Origin: Bdellovibrionales bacterium
Lineage (GTDB): Bacteria; Bdellovibrionota; Bdellovibrionia; Bdellovibrionales; JAUICD01
Direction: 5' to 3'
NCBI GenBank assembly: GCA_965203275.1
Contig: OZ241865.1
Span: 224,001-288,000 of the forward strand
DNA length: 64,000 nucleotides
Shown here: in pieces, positions 51,880 to 63,488 of the stretch
How the letters are laid out: every line of letters begins with the position of its first letter
How positions within the stretch are numbered: position 1 is the first letter of the stretch
Notes under the pieces: generated by a model
The model's database searches: none
Seen by the model: only the letters and a program-made list of their open reading frames with translations
What the model was told of the DNA's origin: nothing
Program-made: the position numbers and the translations under genes

Positions 51880-52905
51880 TTAATCCGTGCTAAAAGGTAA
51901 AGTAATTCCTGCATCTGATGGCACTAAGTTTTCAAAATGACCTATAGAGATATAGCGTCCCTGTGTTGTCGCACCCGGATGAATGATAGAGCTTGTATCA
52001 ACCCTTGCATGTCTCCCACCATCTCTGGTTAAGTCCACAACAAAGGCACGACAGTCATGCACATTAAAGCCAGCACCATGTTCAAAATCATGGAGTCCAG
52101 CAGGTAAAACCCAGCAATGACTTCCACCTGTAAAGTAAGGGGCAGCACCACAGCCAAACCATGGCCATGTATTAGTCACTGAACACCTTCTTCTATCAAA
52201 TTCTTTGAAGAATACTTCACCTGTCAGAGCATAGTTGTCACCACGAGGGTAAGCCACCACAATCAATGCTCCACCTTCAATTTCAAAAAAGAGTTTAATA
52301 TAATGCTCACCATTATCTACATCAATTCTACGATTATTGTTTTTATCATGTGTAACCCAATGATTATAAGGGATTTGACTAGCATTTGTAGACGCTTCAC
52401 CTTCTGCTTCATTGATTTCATCATCATATTCATTATAAAAGCCAAGACGGATATCTCCTCCATAAAGAGACTTTGTATTTCCACCGACTTTGGACAATGC
52501 CAAGTTAATCTGAATATTTGCAATGTGATCTGTATTAAGAGACATAACATCTGCAAAATCTTCAAAATTTGATGTCTGAGTCAATCGTGCAGTTGCTCCA
52601 TCGGACCAAAGTGTACAATCAGGGATAGATAAATCAGGATTGTTATGATCACATTCGTCACTACTAGTATCACGATCACGATGATCATCATCATCGTCCT
52701 CATTACGACGTTCATCTTCTTCACAGTTTCGTTGAGATCCATCGCATCTGGTACGATTCACAGGACGACGATCCGTATTACTATAACGATCGGTATGACT
52801 ATAATAAGGATTGTCAAAATAAGGTGCTGCCTGTTGAGAACAAGCAATTCCAACAACAGATAAACCGAATAACATACATAAAACTAGTAAAACCCTAATG
52901 ACCAT
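51880..52905 (-). CDS. Hypothetical lipoprotein
   Basis: GIAC lipobox; RBS AGAGG. Confidence 0.7.
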   Translation of the reverse strand: MVIRVLLVLCMLFGLSVVGIACSQQAAPYFDNPYYSHTDRYSNTDRRPVNRTRCDGSQRNCEEDERRNEDDDDDHRDRDTSSDECDHNNPDLSIPDCTLWSDGATARLTQTSNFEDFADVMSLNTDHIANIQINLALSKVGGNTKSLYGGDIRLGFYNEYDDEINEAEGEASTNASQIPYNHWVTHDKNNNRRIDVDNGEHYIKLFFEIEGGALIVVAYPRGDNYALTGEVFFKEFDRRRCSVTNTWPWFGCGAAPYFTGGSHCWVLPAGLHDFEHGAGFNVHDCRAFVVDLTRDGGRHARVDTSSIIHPGATTQGRYISIGHFENLVPSDAGITLPFSTD

Positions 52906-52958
52906 TTTTATACCTCTTAATCTATTATTAATATTTTTTTATACCTTATTTTTAATCA

Positions 52959-52974
52959 AGCAAAAGAGATGCCA
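52959..52974 (-). promoter_or_regulatory. sigma54 (-24/-12) promoter
   Basis: Minus strand TGGCATCTCTTTTGCT. Confidence 0.6.
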
Positions 52975-53443
52975 AAAAAGAAACCATATTCACAAGTTAC
53001 TGAAATAACAAATAAACTTTTTATTCTCTCACCTCTTTAAAAAGTTATTTACAGAAAACTTAAAGCTATTTTGATTTAAAAATTTTATCAAAAAAAGTTT
53101 GATAGTTGACAAGAAAAAGCTTTTATAAGTAACAAAAATTTTCTGAAGTGCCTTTAAATAAAGGAAGATAAGCTATATGGTTGATATTTTTTATAGAAGT
53201 TTATTGATGAGATAATAGCAAATAAGCTAAAAAAACCAATGGATCATCAGAGATGTTTTATGTCACTTTTTATGCTATTATTGAGAGTAAACTTTAAATT
53301 AATAAGTAAAATTAAATGTTTACATGCACTGTCTATTTGTTGAAAGGGTGTCTAAAGATTCATCAAATGCATTATTATGATTTTTAAATTGGACATACAT
53401 GACTGCAAACAATTTTGACCTCTTTTCTATTGAAAGATCAGAA

Positions 53444-54406
53444 TCAAAGAGGTGTATCAGGTGAGGCTGTGATATAGAATCCAAAATGACGTGCTTGAGT
53501 TAAAAGGGAGTTTCGAATAACAGGAGTGATATCTTGCTCAGACCAGTAACCATTTACCCGCAATCGAATACGAGAATTATAAACATGACCAAGAGTTAAT
53601 GGCACTTTATGGGTTATAGCTTGCGGTGCATTTTCATTATGATTATTCTGCTGACTATGTTTACGAAAAGCTTTTATGAGATCTCCAGTTTGCACTCTTT
53701 GTGTTGAGCGACCAGATTGAATAAGCTGAAGAGTTGATTGTTGATCATTGACATCAATAACTTTAGCTGTAGCTACAAAATCAGATTCTGTATCTTTTAA
53801 ATGATAACAAAGAGATTTTCTTTGAATATTTGCTTTAGAATAAATAGGGAAAAGGCTCCCTTTTTCAATAAAATCAGATGAACCAAAAGGAATAATGATT
53901 TTACCTTCCTCAGAAATACTATCTACAGCAATATGCCATGACTCATAATTATCTATAGCTTTTCTTAATTCACTCAGTCCATTCCTGATAGCTTTTTGGA
54001 TCAATGTTGAAAAAGTCCCTGTATTGCTACCATGATTACGTTGATAGCCAAGCTGAACAACAGGAATATTTGAACCAACCCCCCATGAGAGATTTCTGAC
54101 TGTGCCTTGACCTAATGCGAGTCTTTCGACTCCTGTAGAGCCATTTCTAATTGTCATCTGCAATCTTAAACGAGTGACATAAGAACTACCAATTTCAAAA
54201 GACATAAAAATAATATTAAAGGCAAACTTTCGCCCTTTGCTCTGTTCAAAAAACAAAACTCTTGTATCAATAACATCACTTGTACAGTAATGACGGGATT
54301 GATCTACAAGATGACCAAACTTGCAACCACTTAAAACCAAAACCGATATGCTACTCATCACGATTTTTATAAAAAATATTTGTTGCTTTGATTTTTTGTA
54401 AACCAT
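53444..54406 (-). CDS. Hypothetical lipoprotein
   Basis: LSGC lipobox. Confidence 0.6.
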   Translation of the reverse strand: MVYKKSKQQIFFIKIVMSSISVLVLSGCKFGHLVDQSRHYCTSDVIDTRVLFFEQSKGRKFAFNIIFMSFEIGSSYVTRLRLQMTIRNGSTGVERLALGQGTVRNLSWGVGSNIPVVQLGYQRNHGSNTGTFSTLIQKAIRNGLSELRKAIDNYESWHIAVDSISEEGKIIIPFGSSDFIEKGSLFPIYSKANIQRKSLCYHLKDTESDFVATAKVIDVNDQQSTLQLIQSGRSTQRVQTGDLIKAFRKHSQQNNHNENAPQAITHKVPLTLGHVYNSRIRLRVNGYWSEQDITPVIRNSLLTQARHFGFYITASPDTPL

Positions 54407-54574
54407 ATTAAAATCCTGTTCTGATGCATTCCAGTGCAGTAGTTTAAATGCTTTCTAAGAAGTTTCGGATGATTAAGGTTGAGTTTTAACTAGAAGAAAG
54501 TCATAAATTCTTGAAGCAATTCAAAACAAGACAGGATTTGATATAAGTAAAATCAATGAACAGAAAGGGAATTT

Positions 54575-55192
54575 TTAAGATATATTCTTTTTTTGTTCTT
54601 CTGCAAGTTTTTTGATTTGAGAGCGAATGTGACTGGCTTTAAGAAAGCTTAAGCGATCAATAAAAAGCTTCCCATCAAGATGATCAATTTCATGTTGAAA
54701 ACAAATAGATAAAATACCATCGGTTTTAACTTCAAAAGGTTGACCATTTCGATCAAAGCCTTGGACTTCTATATATGCTGATCGCTCAACTGTTTCAAAA
54801 ATACCAGGTACACTTAGGCAACCTTCTTGATATTTTGTTTTATTTTTACGTTTTAAAATAACGGGGTTAAACATAATTAAAGGATAGGTGACTTGTTTTT
54901 CAAGTGCTGTGAGGTGTTCTTGATTAACACTATGTGGGCTTGAAGGCATGTCAGCACGATCAGGCATACGAATATCAATCACAAGAAGTCTGATCAACGT
55001 ACCTACCTGAACAGCAGAAAGGCCTATACCAGGAGCCTTATACATAGTTTCTAACATATCCGATGCAAGCTTTTTATGCTCTGCTGTCATTTGAATAAAG
55101 TTCTTTCCGTCTGCTGATTTATTGACAGCAAGAGGTTGAGAAACCTTCTTAAGAAAGGGATTAGGATAAGTGATAATATCTAAAATAGCCAT
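54575..55192 (-). CDS. def: Peptide deformylase
   Basis: GIGLSAVQVG, EGCLS, QHEIDHLDG. Confidence 0.95.
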   Translation of the reverse strand: MAILDIITYPNPFLKKVSQPLAVNKSADGKNFIQMTAEHKKLASDMLETMYKAPGIGLSAVQVGTLIRLLVIDIRMPDRADMPSSPHSVNQEHLTALEKQVTYPLIMFNPVILKRKNKTKYQEGCLSVPGIFETVERSAYIEVQGFDRNGQPFEVKTDGILSICFQHEIDHLDGKLFIDRLSFLKASHIRSQIKKLAEEQKKNIS

Positions 55193-55204
55193 GCCTTCCT
55201 TTTG

Positions 55205-55400
55205 GTTCACTCGTTTTTTAACACCATGTTAAGGAAACAAGATATTCACTCCCGGGATCCGGGATCTGGCAATCTGGCATCCCGGGTTCCGGGACCTGAT
55301 GCCGGGTTGCCAGATCCCGGATCCCAGATCCCGGATCCCGGATCCTGGAAAAAGGACCCTTTCATCTTTTTACTACATGTTAAGGAAAAAGTTCCTTTTA
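55205..55400. repeat. GC-rich inverted heptamer array flanked by family-A ends
   Basis: (GGATCCG/GGATCTG)n followed by complementary (GATCCCG/GATCCCA)n. Confidence 0.8.
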
Positions 55401-55410
55401 TTCCTTTTAC

Positions 55411-55869
55411 TTATGATGACTTTTTAAACTCTACCACAGTAACAATGTCAAGTGTAGATTGTTTTGGCCAATCTATGATGGCTTGATTGTATTCCTGACC
55501 ATCTGGCAAAAATATTCTTAATGACTGGCTCTGTATATTCTTCCATATTTCATAAACCTTACAAAGCCAAGGTTTCATCCCCTTCTCTTGAGAAAAAGGT
55601 AAAATCACAGTTCTAGTGTTAGGTAAAAGCTTTGCCGATGCGATCATACGTGCAGGATATTCTTTTTGAGGTTTAAAGTAAGGTAGCTCCCATTCAGAAG
55701 TAAGTCTTTCTATTTGTTTTTTAGATAAGGTTGTGTGAGGATATGGCTTTGAAATTTGCAAGTTTAAATACCAGTCTATCTTTGGAATCCAAGAAGACCA
55801 CTTCCTATCAGGGAGTACCCATAAATCAGATCCAGAAGTTAAAGCTGTATGATAAGATAGCTTTTTCAT
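55411..55869 (-). CDS. Hypothetical protein coupled to the phosphatase gene
   Basis: ATGA overlap with 55866-56621. Confidence 0.6.
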   Translation of the reverse strand: MKKLSYHTALTSGSDLWVLPDRKWSSWIPKIDWYLNLQISKPYPHTTLSKKQIERLTSEWELPYFKPQKEYPARMIASAKLLPNTRTVILPFSQEKGMKPWLCKVYEIWKNIQSQSLRIFLPDGQEYNQAIIDWPKQSTLDIVTVVEFKKSS

Positions 55870-56621
55870 ATATCTTCCGTCTCTTTTGCGTTTAAAAGGA
55901 CAATAGTGATATTATCTAAACCACCAGCATCTTTAGCCATTTTAATGAGTTTAGGAACCAATTGCTCTTGAGGTTGCTGAAGATAGGTTTGATAAATATC
56001 CTCATCACTGACCATATTTGTTAAACCATCAGAACAAATTAAAATATTATCATTTTTTTTAATTTTTTTTACAACCACATCGCAGTTGACTTGATCTTGA
56101 AATCCAATACTACGAGTCAGTACATTTTTATGAATATGCAAATTCTTGTCTTTAGGTGTAATTAAACCTGCTTGAATTTGTTGGTTGATCAAAGAGTGGT
56201 CTTCTGTCATTTGCCACATACCAGTTTTCCCACAAGTTGTTTTTGAGATTAAATAAGCTCTTGAGTCACCAACATGTCCTATATAAAGCTTTTCATCACG
56301 ATAAAGGGCTACCACAAGAGTTGTTCCCATTCGGCTTAATTCTTTTTTTTCTTTACTTTTCTCATAAACTTTTCGAGAAGCTGCATTGAAAATATCTGTC
56401 ATTAATATCTTATAATCAACACCTTTTGCCTCATTGTAATATTTAATTGTGACTTCTCTAACTGTATTAACAGCAATTTCAGCGGCAACATCTCCCCCAT
56501 GATGACCACCCATGCCATCGGCTAATATATAAAGGAGATGCTTTTGATCAATCAAGAATCTATCTTGATTGCTCTTACGATGGCATCCTATATCAGTTTG
56601 ACCCCAAGCATTTAATTCCAT
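55866..56621 (-). CDS. PP2C-family Ser/Thr phosphatase
   Basis: R..NQD, ADGMGG, MGTT, HVGDSRAY, CSDGL, GGLDNIT. Confidence 0.93.
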   Translation of the reverse strand: MELNAWGQTDIGCHRKSNQDRFLIDQKHLLYILADGMGGHHGGDVAAEIAVNTVREVTIKYYNEAKGVDYKILMTDIFNAASRKVYEKSKEKKELSRMGTTLVVALYRDEKLYIGHVGDSRAYLISKTTCGKTGMWQMTEDHSLINQQIQAGLITPKDKNLHIHKNVLTRSIGFQDQVNCDVVVKKIKKNDNILICSDGLTNMVSDEDIYQTYLQQPQEQLVPKLIKMAKDAGGLDNITIVLLNAKETEDI

Positions 56622-56640
56622 AAAACCTTCGTACGTTTTT

Positions 56641-57490
56641 TTCCCTAAAATTGAACTAGCCTCTGGCTACTTTTGGGCAGTTAGCCCGACGGCTCACGCC
56701 GTCGATCAAAGGCTAACTGCCTCAAAAGCTTGTTCAATTTTAGGAAGGAGGATCTCTCCGTCTCTTAACACCATGTTAAGGGTTTGTTTCACTAAAAGTA
56801 AACTAGCCTCTGGCTACTTTTGGATAGCCAGCCCGACGGCTTTCGCCGTCGATCAAAGGCTGGCTACCTCAAAAGTCCGTTTACTTTTAGTAGGGAGGAT
56901 CTCTTCGTCTCTTAACACCATGTTAAGGGTTTGTTTCACTAAAAGTAAACTAGCCTCTGGCTACTTTTGGATAGCCAGCCCGACGGCTCACGCCGTCGAT
57001 CAAAGGCTGGCTACCTCAAAAGTCCGTTTACTTTTAGTAAGGAGGATCTCTTCGTTCCTTAACACCATGTTAAGGGTTTGTTTCACTAAAAGTAAACTAG
57101 CCTCTGGCTACTTTTGGATAGCCAGCCCGACGGCTTTCGCCGTCGATCAAAGGCTGGCTACCTCAAAAGTCCGTTTACTTTTAGTAGGGAGGATCTCTTC
57201 GTCTCTTAACACCATGTTAAGGGTTTGTTTCACTAAAAGTAAACTAGCCTCTGGCTACTTTTGGATAGCCAGCCCGACGGCTTTCGCCGTCGATCAAAGG
57301 CTGGCTACCTCAAAAGTCCGTTTACTTTTAGTAGGGAGGATCTCTTCGTCTCTTAACACCATGTTAAGGAAAAAGTTCCTTTCTTACATCTGTTGCCTGC
57401 AAAGGCTTACGCCTTTGCGGTCATTGCCCAAAAGTAGCCAGAGGCTAGACCACTTTTAGTGAAACAGAGGCTGGTTTATTTTTAGTGCAA
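56641..57490 (-). repeat. Tandem array of family A: four near-identical 147-bp units (~56773-57360) plus divergent flanking copies
   Basis: Period 147 bp measured (ttcact at 56788 and 56935). Confidence 0.95.
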
Positions 57491-57614
57491 ATCAACAAAA
57501 GTCTAAAGTATAATAAAAGTCAAAAGAAAAATAAATCGTAGTATCTCTCACAAAAATATATACAATAAATATACAGATAAAGAAATATTTAGACAATAAA
57601 ATAATAGGTTTCTA

Positions 57615-59411
57615 ATGAAAGCTCAGAATATTCGTAACTTTTCTATCATTGCTCATATTGACCATGGCAAGTCTACCTTAGCTGATGCCCTTCTCACATT
57701 TACCAAAACTCTTTCTGAAAGAGAAAAAAAGAACCAATTTTTAGATAATATGGATTTAGAAAGAGAGCGAGGTATTACTATCAAAGCTCAAACTGTTTGC
57801 ATCCATTACAAATTTCCTAAGAATGGTCAAGAGTATCAATTTAATCTCATAGATACACCAGGTCATGTAGATTTTTCTTATGAAGTGTCCCGCTCTCTTG
57901 CTGCTTGCGAAGGAGCTTTGTTGGTTGTAGATGCCGCTCAGGGCGTAGAAGCTCAAACTTTAGCTACTGTTTATCAAGCTATTGATCATAACTTAGAACT
58001 CATCCCTGTCTTAAACAAAATTGACCTACCTGCTGCCAATCCTGATGAAGTGATCTCACAAATTGAAAATGCTGTGGGTATAGATGCAACCTCTACTATC
58101 TTTGCCAGTGCTAAAAACAATATAGGTATTGAAGAAATTTTAGAAGCCATTGTAGAACAAATCCCTCCTCCATCTGCCAATACAAATAAACCTTTAAGAG
58201 CTTTGGTATTTGATTCCTGGTTTGATACATATCAAGGGGTGATTGTTCTATGTCGTATTTTTGATGGAAACTTGAAGGTAGGTGATCAAGTACGCTTTAT
58301 GGCCTCCTCTGTTGATTATGAAGTGCTAAAATTAGGTGTCAATGCACCTTTTCCTATAGAAAAACAAGAACTATCAGCAGGTCAAGTTGGCTTTGTGGTC
58401 TGCGGTATCAAAAATATCAGAGATGTTCAAGTAGGTGAAACAATCACTCTAACTCATAAGCCTGCTCAAAAAGCCCTCCCTGGTTTTAAAAATATAAAAC
58501 CAATGATCTTTTCTGGTATTTTCCCTATTGATTCTACCTACTACCATAAATTAAGAGACAGTTTAGAAAAGCTCTGTTTAAATGATGCTAGTTTGAGTTT
58601 TGAACCAGAGAATTCAGCAGCCTTAGGCTTAGGCTTTCGCTGTGGATTCTTAGGACTTCTGCACTTAGAAATTGTGCAGGAGCGTCTGGAAAGAGAGTTT
58701 AATTTATCTTTGATCACCACAGCACCTAGTGTGGTCTATCATGTGTATAAAACAAATGGTCAAATGACGCATTTAGAAAAGCCATCAGATCTTCCTAGTC
58801 AAATAGACAGAATAGAAGAACCTTTTTTAAAAATCACTATCCACACACCGTCAGAATATTTAGGAAGTATTTTAAATCTTTGTGAAGAAAGAAGAGGTAT
58901 GCAAGATAAATTAGACTTTATTACAAAAAAGAAAGTCATTATAGAGTATCAACTACCAATGAATGAAATGGTTTTAGATTTTTACGATAAATTAAAGTCT
59001 ATTTCAAAAGGCTATGCTTCTATGGATTATGAAGTGATAGGATTTAAACCTTCAAAACTTGTTAGATTAGATATTTTATTAAATGGAGAGCCTGTAGATG
59101 CTTTATCTTTGATTATCCATAAGGACCATGCTTATCACAGAGGGCGGTCTCTCACCAAGAAGATGAAAGATCTTATTCCACGTCAGCAATTTCAAGTAGC
59201 TATTCAAGCAGCTATTGGCTCGAAGATCATTGCAAGAGAAACAATCAGTGCTATGAGAAAAGACGTGACAGCAAAGTGTTATGGAGGAGATATAACTAGA
59301 AAAAGAAAACTTTTAGAAAAACAAAAAGCAGGCAAAAAACGCATGAAACAAATTGGTAGTGTGGATGTCCCACAGTCTGCCTTTTTAGCCATTCTCAAAG
59401 TTGACTCTTGA
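57615..59411 (+). CDS. lepA: Elongation factor 4
   Basis: [47 protein letters not shown]. Confidence 0.98.
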   Translation: MKAQNIRNFSIIAHIDHGKSTLADALLTFTKTLSEREKKNQFLDNMDLERERGITIKAQTVCIHYKFPKNGQEYQFNLIDTPGHVDFSYEVSRSLAACEGALLVVDAAQGVEAQTLATVYQAIDHNLELIPVLNKIDLPAANPDEVISQIENAVGIDATSTIFASAKNNIGIEEILEAIVEQIPPPSANTNKPLRALVFDSWFDTYQGVIVLCRIFDGNLKVGDQVRFMASSVDYEVLKLGVNAPFPIEKQELSAGQVGFVVCGIKNIRDVQVGETITLTHKPAQKALPGFKNIKPMIFSGIFPIDSTYYHKLRDSLEKLCLNDASLSFEPENSAALGLGFRCGFLGLLHLEIVQERLEREFNLSLITTAPSVVYHVYKTNGQMTHLEKPSDLPSQIDRIEEPFLKITIHTPSEYLGSILNLCEERRGMQDKLDFITKKKVIIEYQLPMNEMVLDFYDKLKSISKGYASMDYEVIGFKPSKLVRLDILLNGEPVDALSLIIHKDHAYHRGRSLTKKMKDLIPRQQFQVAIQAAIGSKIIARETISAMRKDVTAKCYGGDITRKRKLLEKQKAGKKRMKQIGSVDVPQSAFLAILKVDS

Positions 59412-59677
59412 TCATTTTAATCCTCAAGCTTAGGGTCCATTTTTGATATATAAAGATATATGACAAAAAAGCACTTAATATGTTGTATTGTTTGCTGTGA
59501 GATTCATTTTTGAGGGTTCTAAAGTCAAAAGTACTAGTGCATCTTACCTCTTTGTCAAAAACAATTGTTATTGATGATCAATAATTATATTTTAATGAAA
59601 TAAAAGCTAGACAGTCTCAATCAAAAAGTTTAAAGTAAAAATATACTTGTTGAAGTCATTTTAAAAAAGGAAAAGTC

Positions 59678-61018
59678 ATGCTAAGTAAATTAATTCAAAA
59701 ATCTTATGAAAATCGTTCGAAGGCAAAGGATGTGGTCATTGTAGGAGGTCTACGTACGCCTTTTGTAAAAGCAGGGTTGCAATTCAAAACAATGCATGCA
59801 GCCCATTTAGGTACTATTGTTCTTAAAGAGCTTTTATATAAGACAGAAATAAAAGCAAATGAAATCCAAGAAGTGATCATAGGTAATATTGGTAACCCTA
59901 TTGACACAGTCAATATTGCTCGTGTGATTGCTCTACGTGCAGGATTGCCTCAATCGATTTCAGCACACACAGTTCATCGCAATTGTGCATCTTCTTTAGA
60001 GAGCATTGCCACTGCTTTTGATAAGATCAAGGCGGGTATGGCTGATGTCGTTGTCGCGGGTGGAACGGAAAGTATGTCTCAGATTCCCTTAGTTTTTCAA
60101 CAAAGTTTAACGGATATTTTTACAGAATTTACTTACGCTAAAACTTTTAGAAAGCAATTTTCTGCTTTGTGGAAATTAAAACTCAAATACCTTAAACCTC
60201 GGGTTGCTTTAATGGAAGGTCTAACAGATCCTTTCTGTGGTTTAAATATGGGACAAACCGCAGAGGTTTTAGCAAAAGAGTTTCATATTGGACGATGGTA
60301 TCAAGATGATTTTGCATTAGAAAGCCACAACAGAGCTGTGAAAGCTCAAAAATCAGGCAGATTGGCTTCTGAAATCACGCCTGTTTTTATGCCCCCAGAC
60401 TATAAAACAGTTGTTAAAGAAGATGTAGGCCCAAGGGAAAATCAAACCTTAAGAGCTTTAGGTAAATTAAAACCTATTTTTGATAAAAGGCATGGCACAG
60501 TCACTGCTGGAAATGCTTGTCCCATTACAGATGGAGCAGTTATGCTCCTATTAATGACAAGAGAAAAAGCTGACGCACTGGGCTTAAAACCTTTAGTCAG
60601 TATCAAGACGTATGCCTTCTATGGATTAGAACCAAAGCGTATGGGCTTGGGTCCTGTCTATGCCACAGCTGTAGCTCTTAAAAAAGCTGGTCTTGAATTA
60701 AAAGATATAGAACTTATAGAACTCAACGAAGCTTTTGCAGCTCAAGTATTAGCCTGCAAAAAAGCATTCGAAGATGATCAATTCGCATATTCTGAATTAG
60801 ACATTCTAAAAGCTATTGGAAAACTTGACCTCGATAAAGTAAATGTCAATGGAGGGGCTATTGCATTAGGACATCCTGTAGGAGCAACTGGCTCTCGGCT
60901 TGTCCTTACCCTAATGACAGAAATGCAATTGCGTTCAGATGTGCGGTTTGGACTAGCAACTCTTTGTATAGGTGGAGGACAAGGAGGGGCTATGATTTTA
61001 GAGAGGATTTCATCATGA
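59678..61018 (+). CDS. fadI: 3-ketoacyl-CoA thiolase (FadI/FadA type)
   Basis: [32 protein letters not shown]. Confidence 0.85.
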   Translation: MLSKLIQKSYENRSKAKDVVIVGGLRTPFVKAGLQFKTMHAAHLGTIVLKELLYKTEIKANEIQEVIIGNIGNPIDTVNIARVIALRAGLPQSISAHTVHRNCASSLESIATAFDKIKAGMADVVVAGGTESMSQIPLVFQQSLTDIFTEFTYAKTFRKQFSALWKLKLKYLKPRVALMEGLTDPFCGLNMGQTAEVLAKEFHIGRWYQDDFALESHNRAVKAQKSGRLASEITPVFMPPDYKTVVKEDVGPRENQTLRALGKLKPIFDKRHGTVTAGNACPITDGAVMLLLMTREKADALGLKPLVSIKTYAFYGLEPKRMGLGPVYATAVALKKAGLELKDIELIELNEAFAAQVLACKKAFEDDQFAYSELDILKAIGKLDLDKVNVNGGAIALGHPVGATGSRLVLTLMTEMQLRSDVRFGLATLCIGGGQGGAMILERISS

Positions 61019-63174
61019 CAAACACAAAAGTAGCAGATGGGCTAAAACTGTTATCTCAAGATCAAATAGCTATAATTGAATGGAACTTGACAGATGAAAA
61101 GGTCAATAAACTCTCTCTGTCTGTGATTGAAAAATTCCAAGAAATTTTAAGTGAAATCAAAAATAATTTATCTCAATATAAAGCAGTTGTAATGATATCT
61201 AAAAAGCCCAATGTCTTTATTGCAGGTGCGGATATTGCTGAAATACAAAAACTTAAAAATGCAGAAGAAGCCCAGAAAATTTGTAGCATAGGACATATGC
61301 TTTTCAATCAAATAGAAGATATACCTATTCCATTCATTGCTGCTATTCACGGAGCTTGCTTAGGAGGTGGATGTGAGATGGCTTTAGCTTGTGATTACAG
61401 GATAGCTGCAGATGATGAATCGACTCAGATTGGACTACCAGAAACTCGATTGGGGCTTATTCCAGGCTTTGGAGGTTGCTGGAGATTGCCTCGAGCTATT
61501 GGTCTGATAGAAGGGCTAGGTATGATTTTAGGAGGTAGAGGTATCGATGGACAAAAAGCTCTTAGGCTAGGATTAATTGATCAATTAGTTGATCCAGACC
61601 TTTTAGAACGTAAAGCTTTGCAGTTTGCAAAGCAAAAAATCTCTGAAGGTAGTAAAAAACGTATTCAAATCTGTAGACCCAAAACATGGTCTCTTAAATT
61701 TTTATATAGTTATTTTGGACGATGGATCGTGTTTCATCAAATTAGAAAGACTATAATAAAAAAATCAGAAGGAGAGCATTACCCTGCCTTACTTAAAGCT
61801 ATTGAAGTGGTCAGGTCCACTTATGGACTTCCTGCCTCTCAAAGACAAAAGGTCATGAAAATAGAATCTCATGGTTTTGCTCAAGTAGCTACTACTGATG
61901 TGAGTCGTAATTTAATCCGTCTTTTTTATATAATGGAAGCTAAGAAAAAACAAACCGGTCTTTCAAAAGGTATAAGCAGAGAAGATATTCCAATTATTCG
62001 ACATATTGGAGTTTTAGGAGCAGGAACTATGGGGGGAGGGATTGCCCACCTAGCTACTGACCATGGCTTTAAAGTAAGGATGAAAGACATCACAACAGAG
62101 GCATTGTCATTAGGACTTCAAGAAGCTCATCGCCTTTGGAATAAAAGCTTAAAAAGAAAGTTTATGACTAAATCAGAATACGAACAGAGACAAAATCTTT
62201 TGACTGTCACAACAAATTATGATGGTTTCAAAATGATGAATGTTGTTATTGAAGCTGTAGTAGAAGATATGCAGGTTAAGAAAACTGTCATTTCAGAGTT
62301 ATCTCAAAGATGTAAATCAGAATGTATTATTGCTACAAACACATCTTCTTTAAGTGTCTCAGAGATGGCAGATGCACACCATCAGCCAGAAAATGTTGTA
62401 GGCATGCATTTTTTCAACCCTGTTCACAAAATGCCTTTAATAGAGGTGATACGTGGAGAAGAGTCTTCTGATTTAGCTATTGCAACAGTTTTTCGGCTTG
62501 CTAGATACATGGGCAAGATGCCTATTGTGGTCAACGATTCTCCTGGTTTTTTAGTCAACCGATTGCTTTTGCCTTATTTGAATGAAGCTGTTTATTTATT
62601 GGAAGAAGGCTATCCTATTAGTTGGATTGATCAAGCCTTTCTTGATTTTGGAATGCCCATGGGACCTTTGAGATTAATTGATGAAGTGGGCATTGATGTT
62701 GCGGTGAAGGTCGCTCATATTCTTCATCAAGGCTTTGGAGAGAGGGCTAAGCCTGCAAAATTAATGCAAAAGCTATCAAAATCTTCTCGTTTAGGTATAA
62801 AGAACAAAAAAGGTTTTTATCTTTATGATAAAAAGGCAAAGGAGACAGGTGAAGATAAAAGTTTTTATGATGAATTTAAGATCATTATCGATCAAAATAA
62901 AGTGTCAGAAGAAGCTATAGAAAATGAGATCATTGCAAGGCCTTTGTATGCTATGATCAATGAAGCTGCTAGAGCTTTAGAAGAAAATGTCGTTGAAAAA
63001 CCAGAAGATGTGGATTTTGCCATGATTATGGGGATAGGCTTTCCGCCTTTCCGTGGAGGGCTTTTACAATATGCCCAACAAGTAGGTATAGATCACATTG
63101 TTCAAAGATTAGACGAGCTAGAGGAGAAACATGGCGAGCGATTTTCTCCTTCTGATCTTGCAGATATTTTTTAA
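61015..63174 (+). CDS. fadJ: Fatty acid oxidation complex alpha subunit (enoyl-CoA hydratase / 3-hydroxyacyl-CoA dehydrogenase)
   Basis: [49 protein letters not shown] overlap with thiolase. Confidence 0.88.
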   Translation: MTNTKVADGLKLLSQDQIAIIEWNLTDEKVNKLSLSVIEKFQEILSEIKNNLSQYKAVVMISKKPNVFIAGADIAEIQKLKNAEEAQKICSIGHMLFNQIEDIPIPFIAAIHGACLGGGCEMALACDYRIAADDESTQIGLPETRLGLIPGFGGCWRLPRAIGLIEGLGMILGGRGIDGQKALRLGLIDQLVDPDLLERKALQFAKQKISEGSKKRIQICRPKTWSLKFLYSYFGRWIVFHQIRKTIIKKSEGEHYPALLKAIEVVRSTYGLPASQRQKVMKIESHGFAQVATTDVSRNLIRLFYIMEAKKKQTGLSKGISREDIPIIRHIGVLGAGTMGGGIAHLATDHGFKVRMKDITTEALSLGLQEAHRLWNKSLKRKFMTKSEYEQRQNLLTVTTNYDGFKMMNVVIEAVVEDMQVKKTVISELSQRCKSECIIATNTSSLSVSEMADAHHQPENVVGMHFFNPVHKMPLIEVIRGEESSDLAIATVFRLARYMGKMPIVVNDSPGFLVNRLLLPYLNEAVYLLEEGYPISWIDQAFLDFGMPMGPLRLIDEVGIDVAVKVAHILHQGFGERAKPAKLMQKLSKSSRLGIKNKKGFYLYDKKAKETGEDKSFYDEFKIIIDQNKVSEEAIENEIIARPLYAMINEAARALEENVVEKPEDVDFAMIMGIGFPPFRGGLLQYAQQVGIDHIVQRLDELEEKHGERFSPSDLADIF

Positions 63175-63488
63175 TTTTAATCTCTCAACACAAGCATTCC
63201 TTTTACTCGCAAATCAATGTCAGACTTAGGGCTGTTTAGAAATAATATTTCATTGTCTCTAAAAAAAGATAAAGTGAAAAAACTTTAAACACATTTTACG
63301 CGAACCTAAACAAAAGTCATAAAAACAAACCGAGCATGACTTCTTTATGTCAAATTATTTAAAATAAAAGGTAAAGGATTTAATAAATAGAGCCGAACTA
63401 TTAGTTAAGTTAGAACTTAAAAAATTTTTTAAGTTGTTAAATGAGTAAAATATTCAATTTTTCAAATTTTAAAAAAGAGAGGTGTACC

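Noticed and set aside
56773..57459. 228-aa ORF with 49-aa repeats, or a possible CRISPR-like array
   Set aside because: It is the translation of the 147-bp repeat; units have no unique spacers and I see no RBS.
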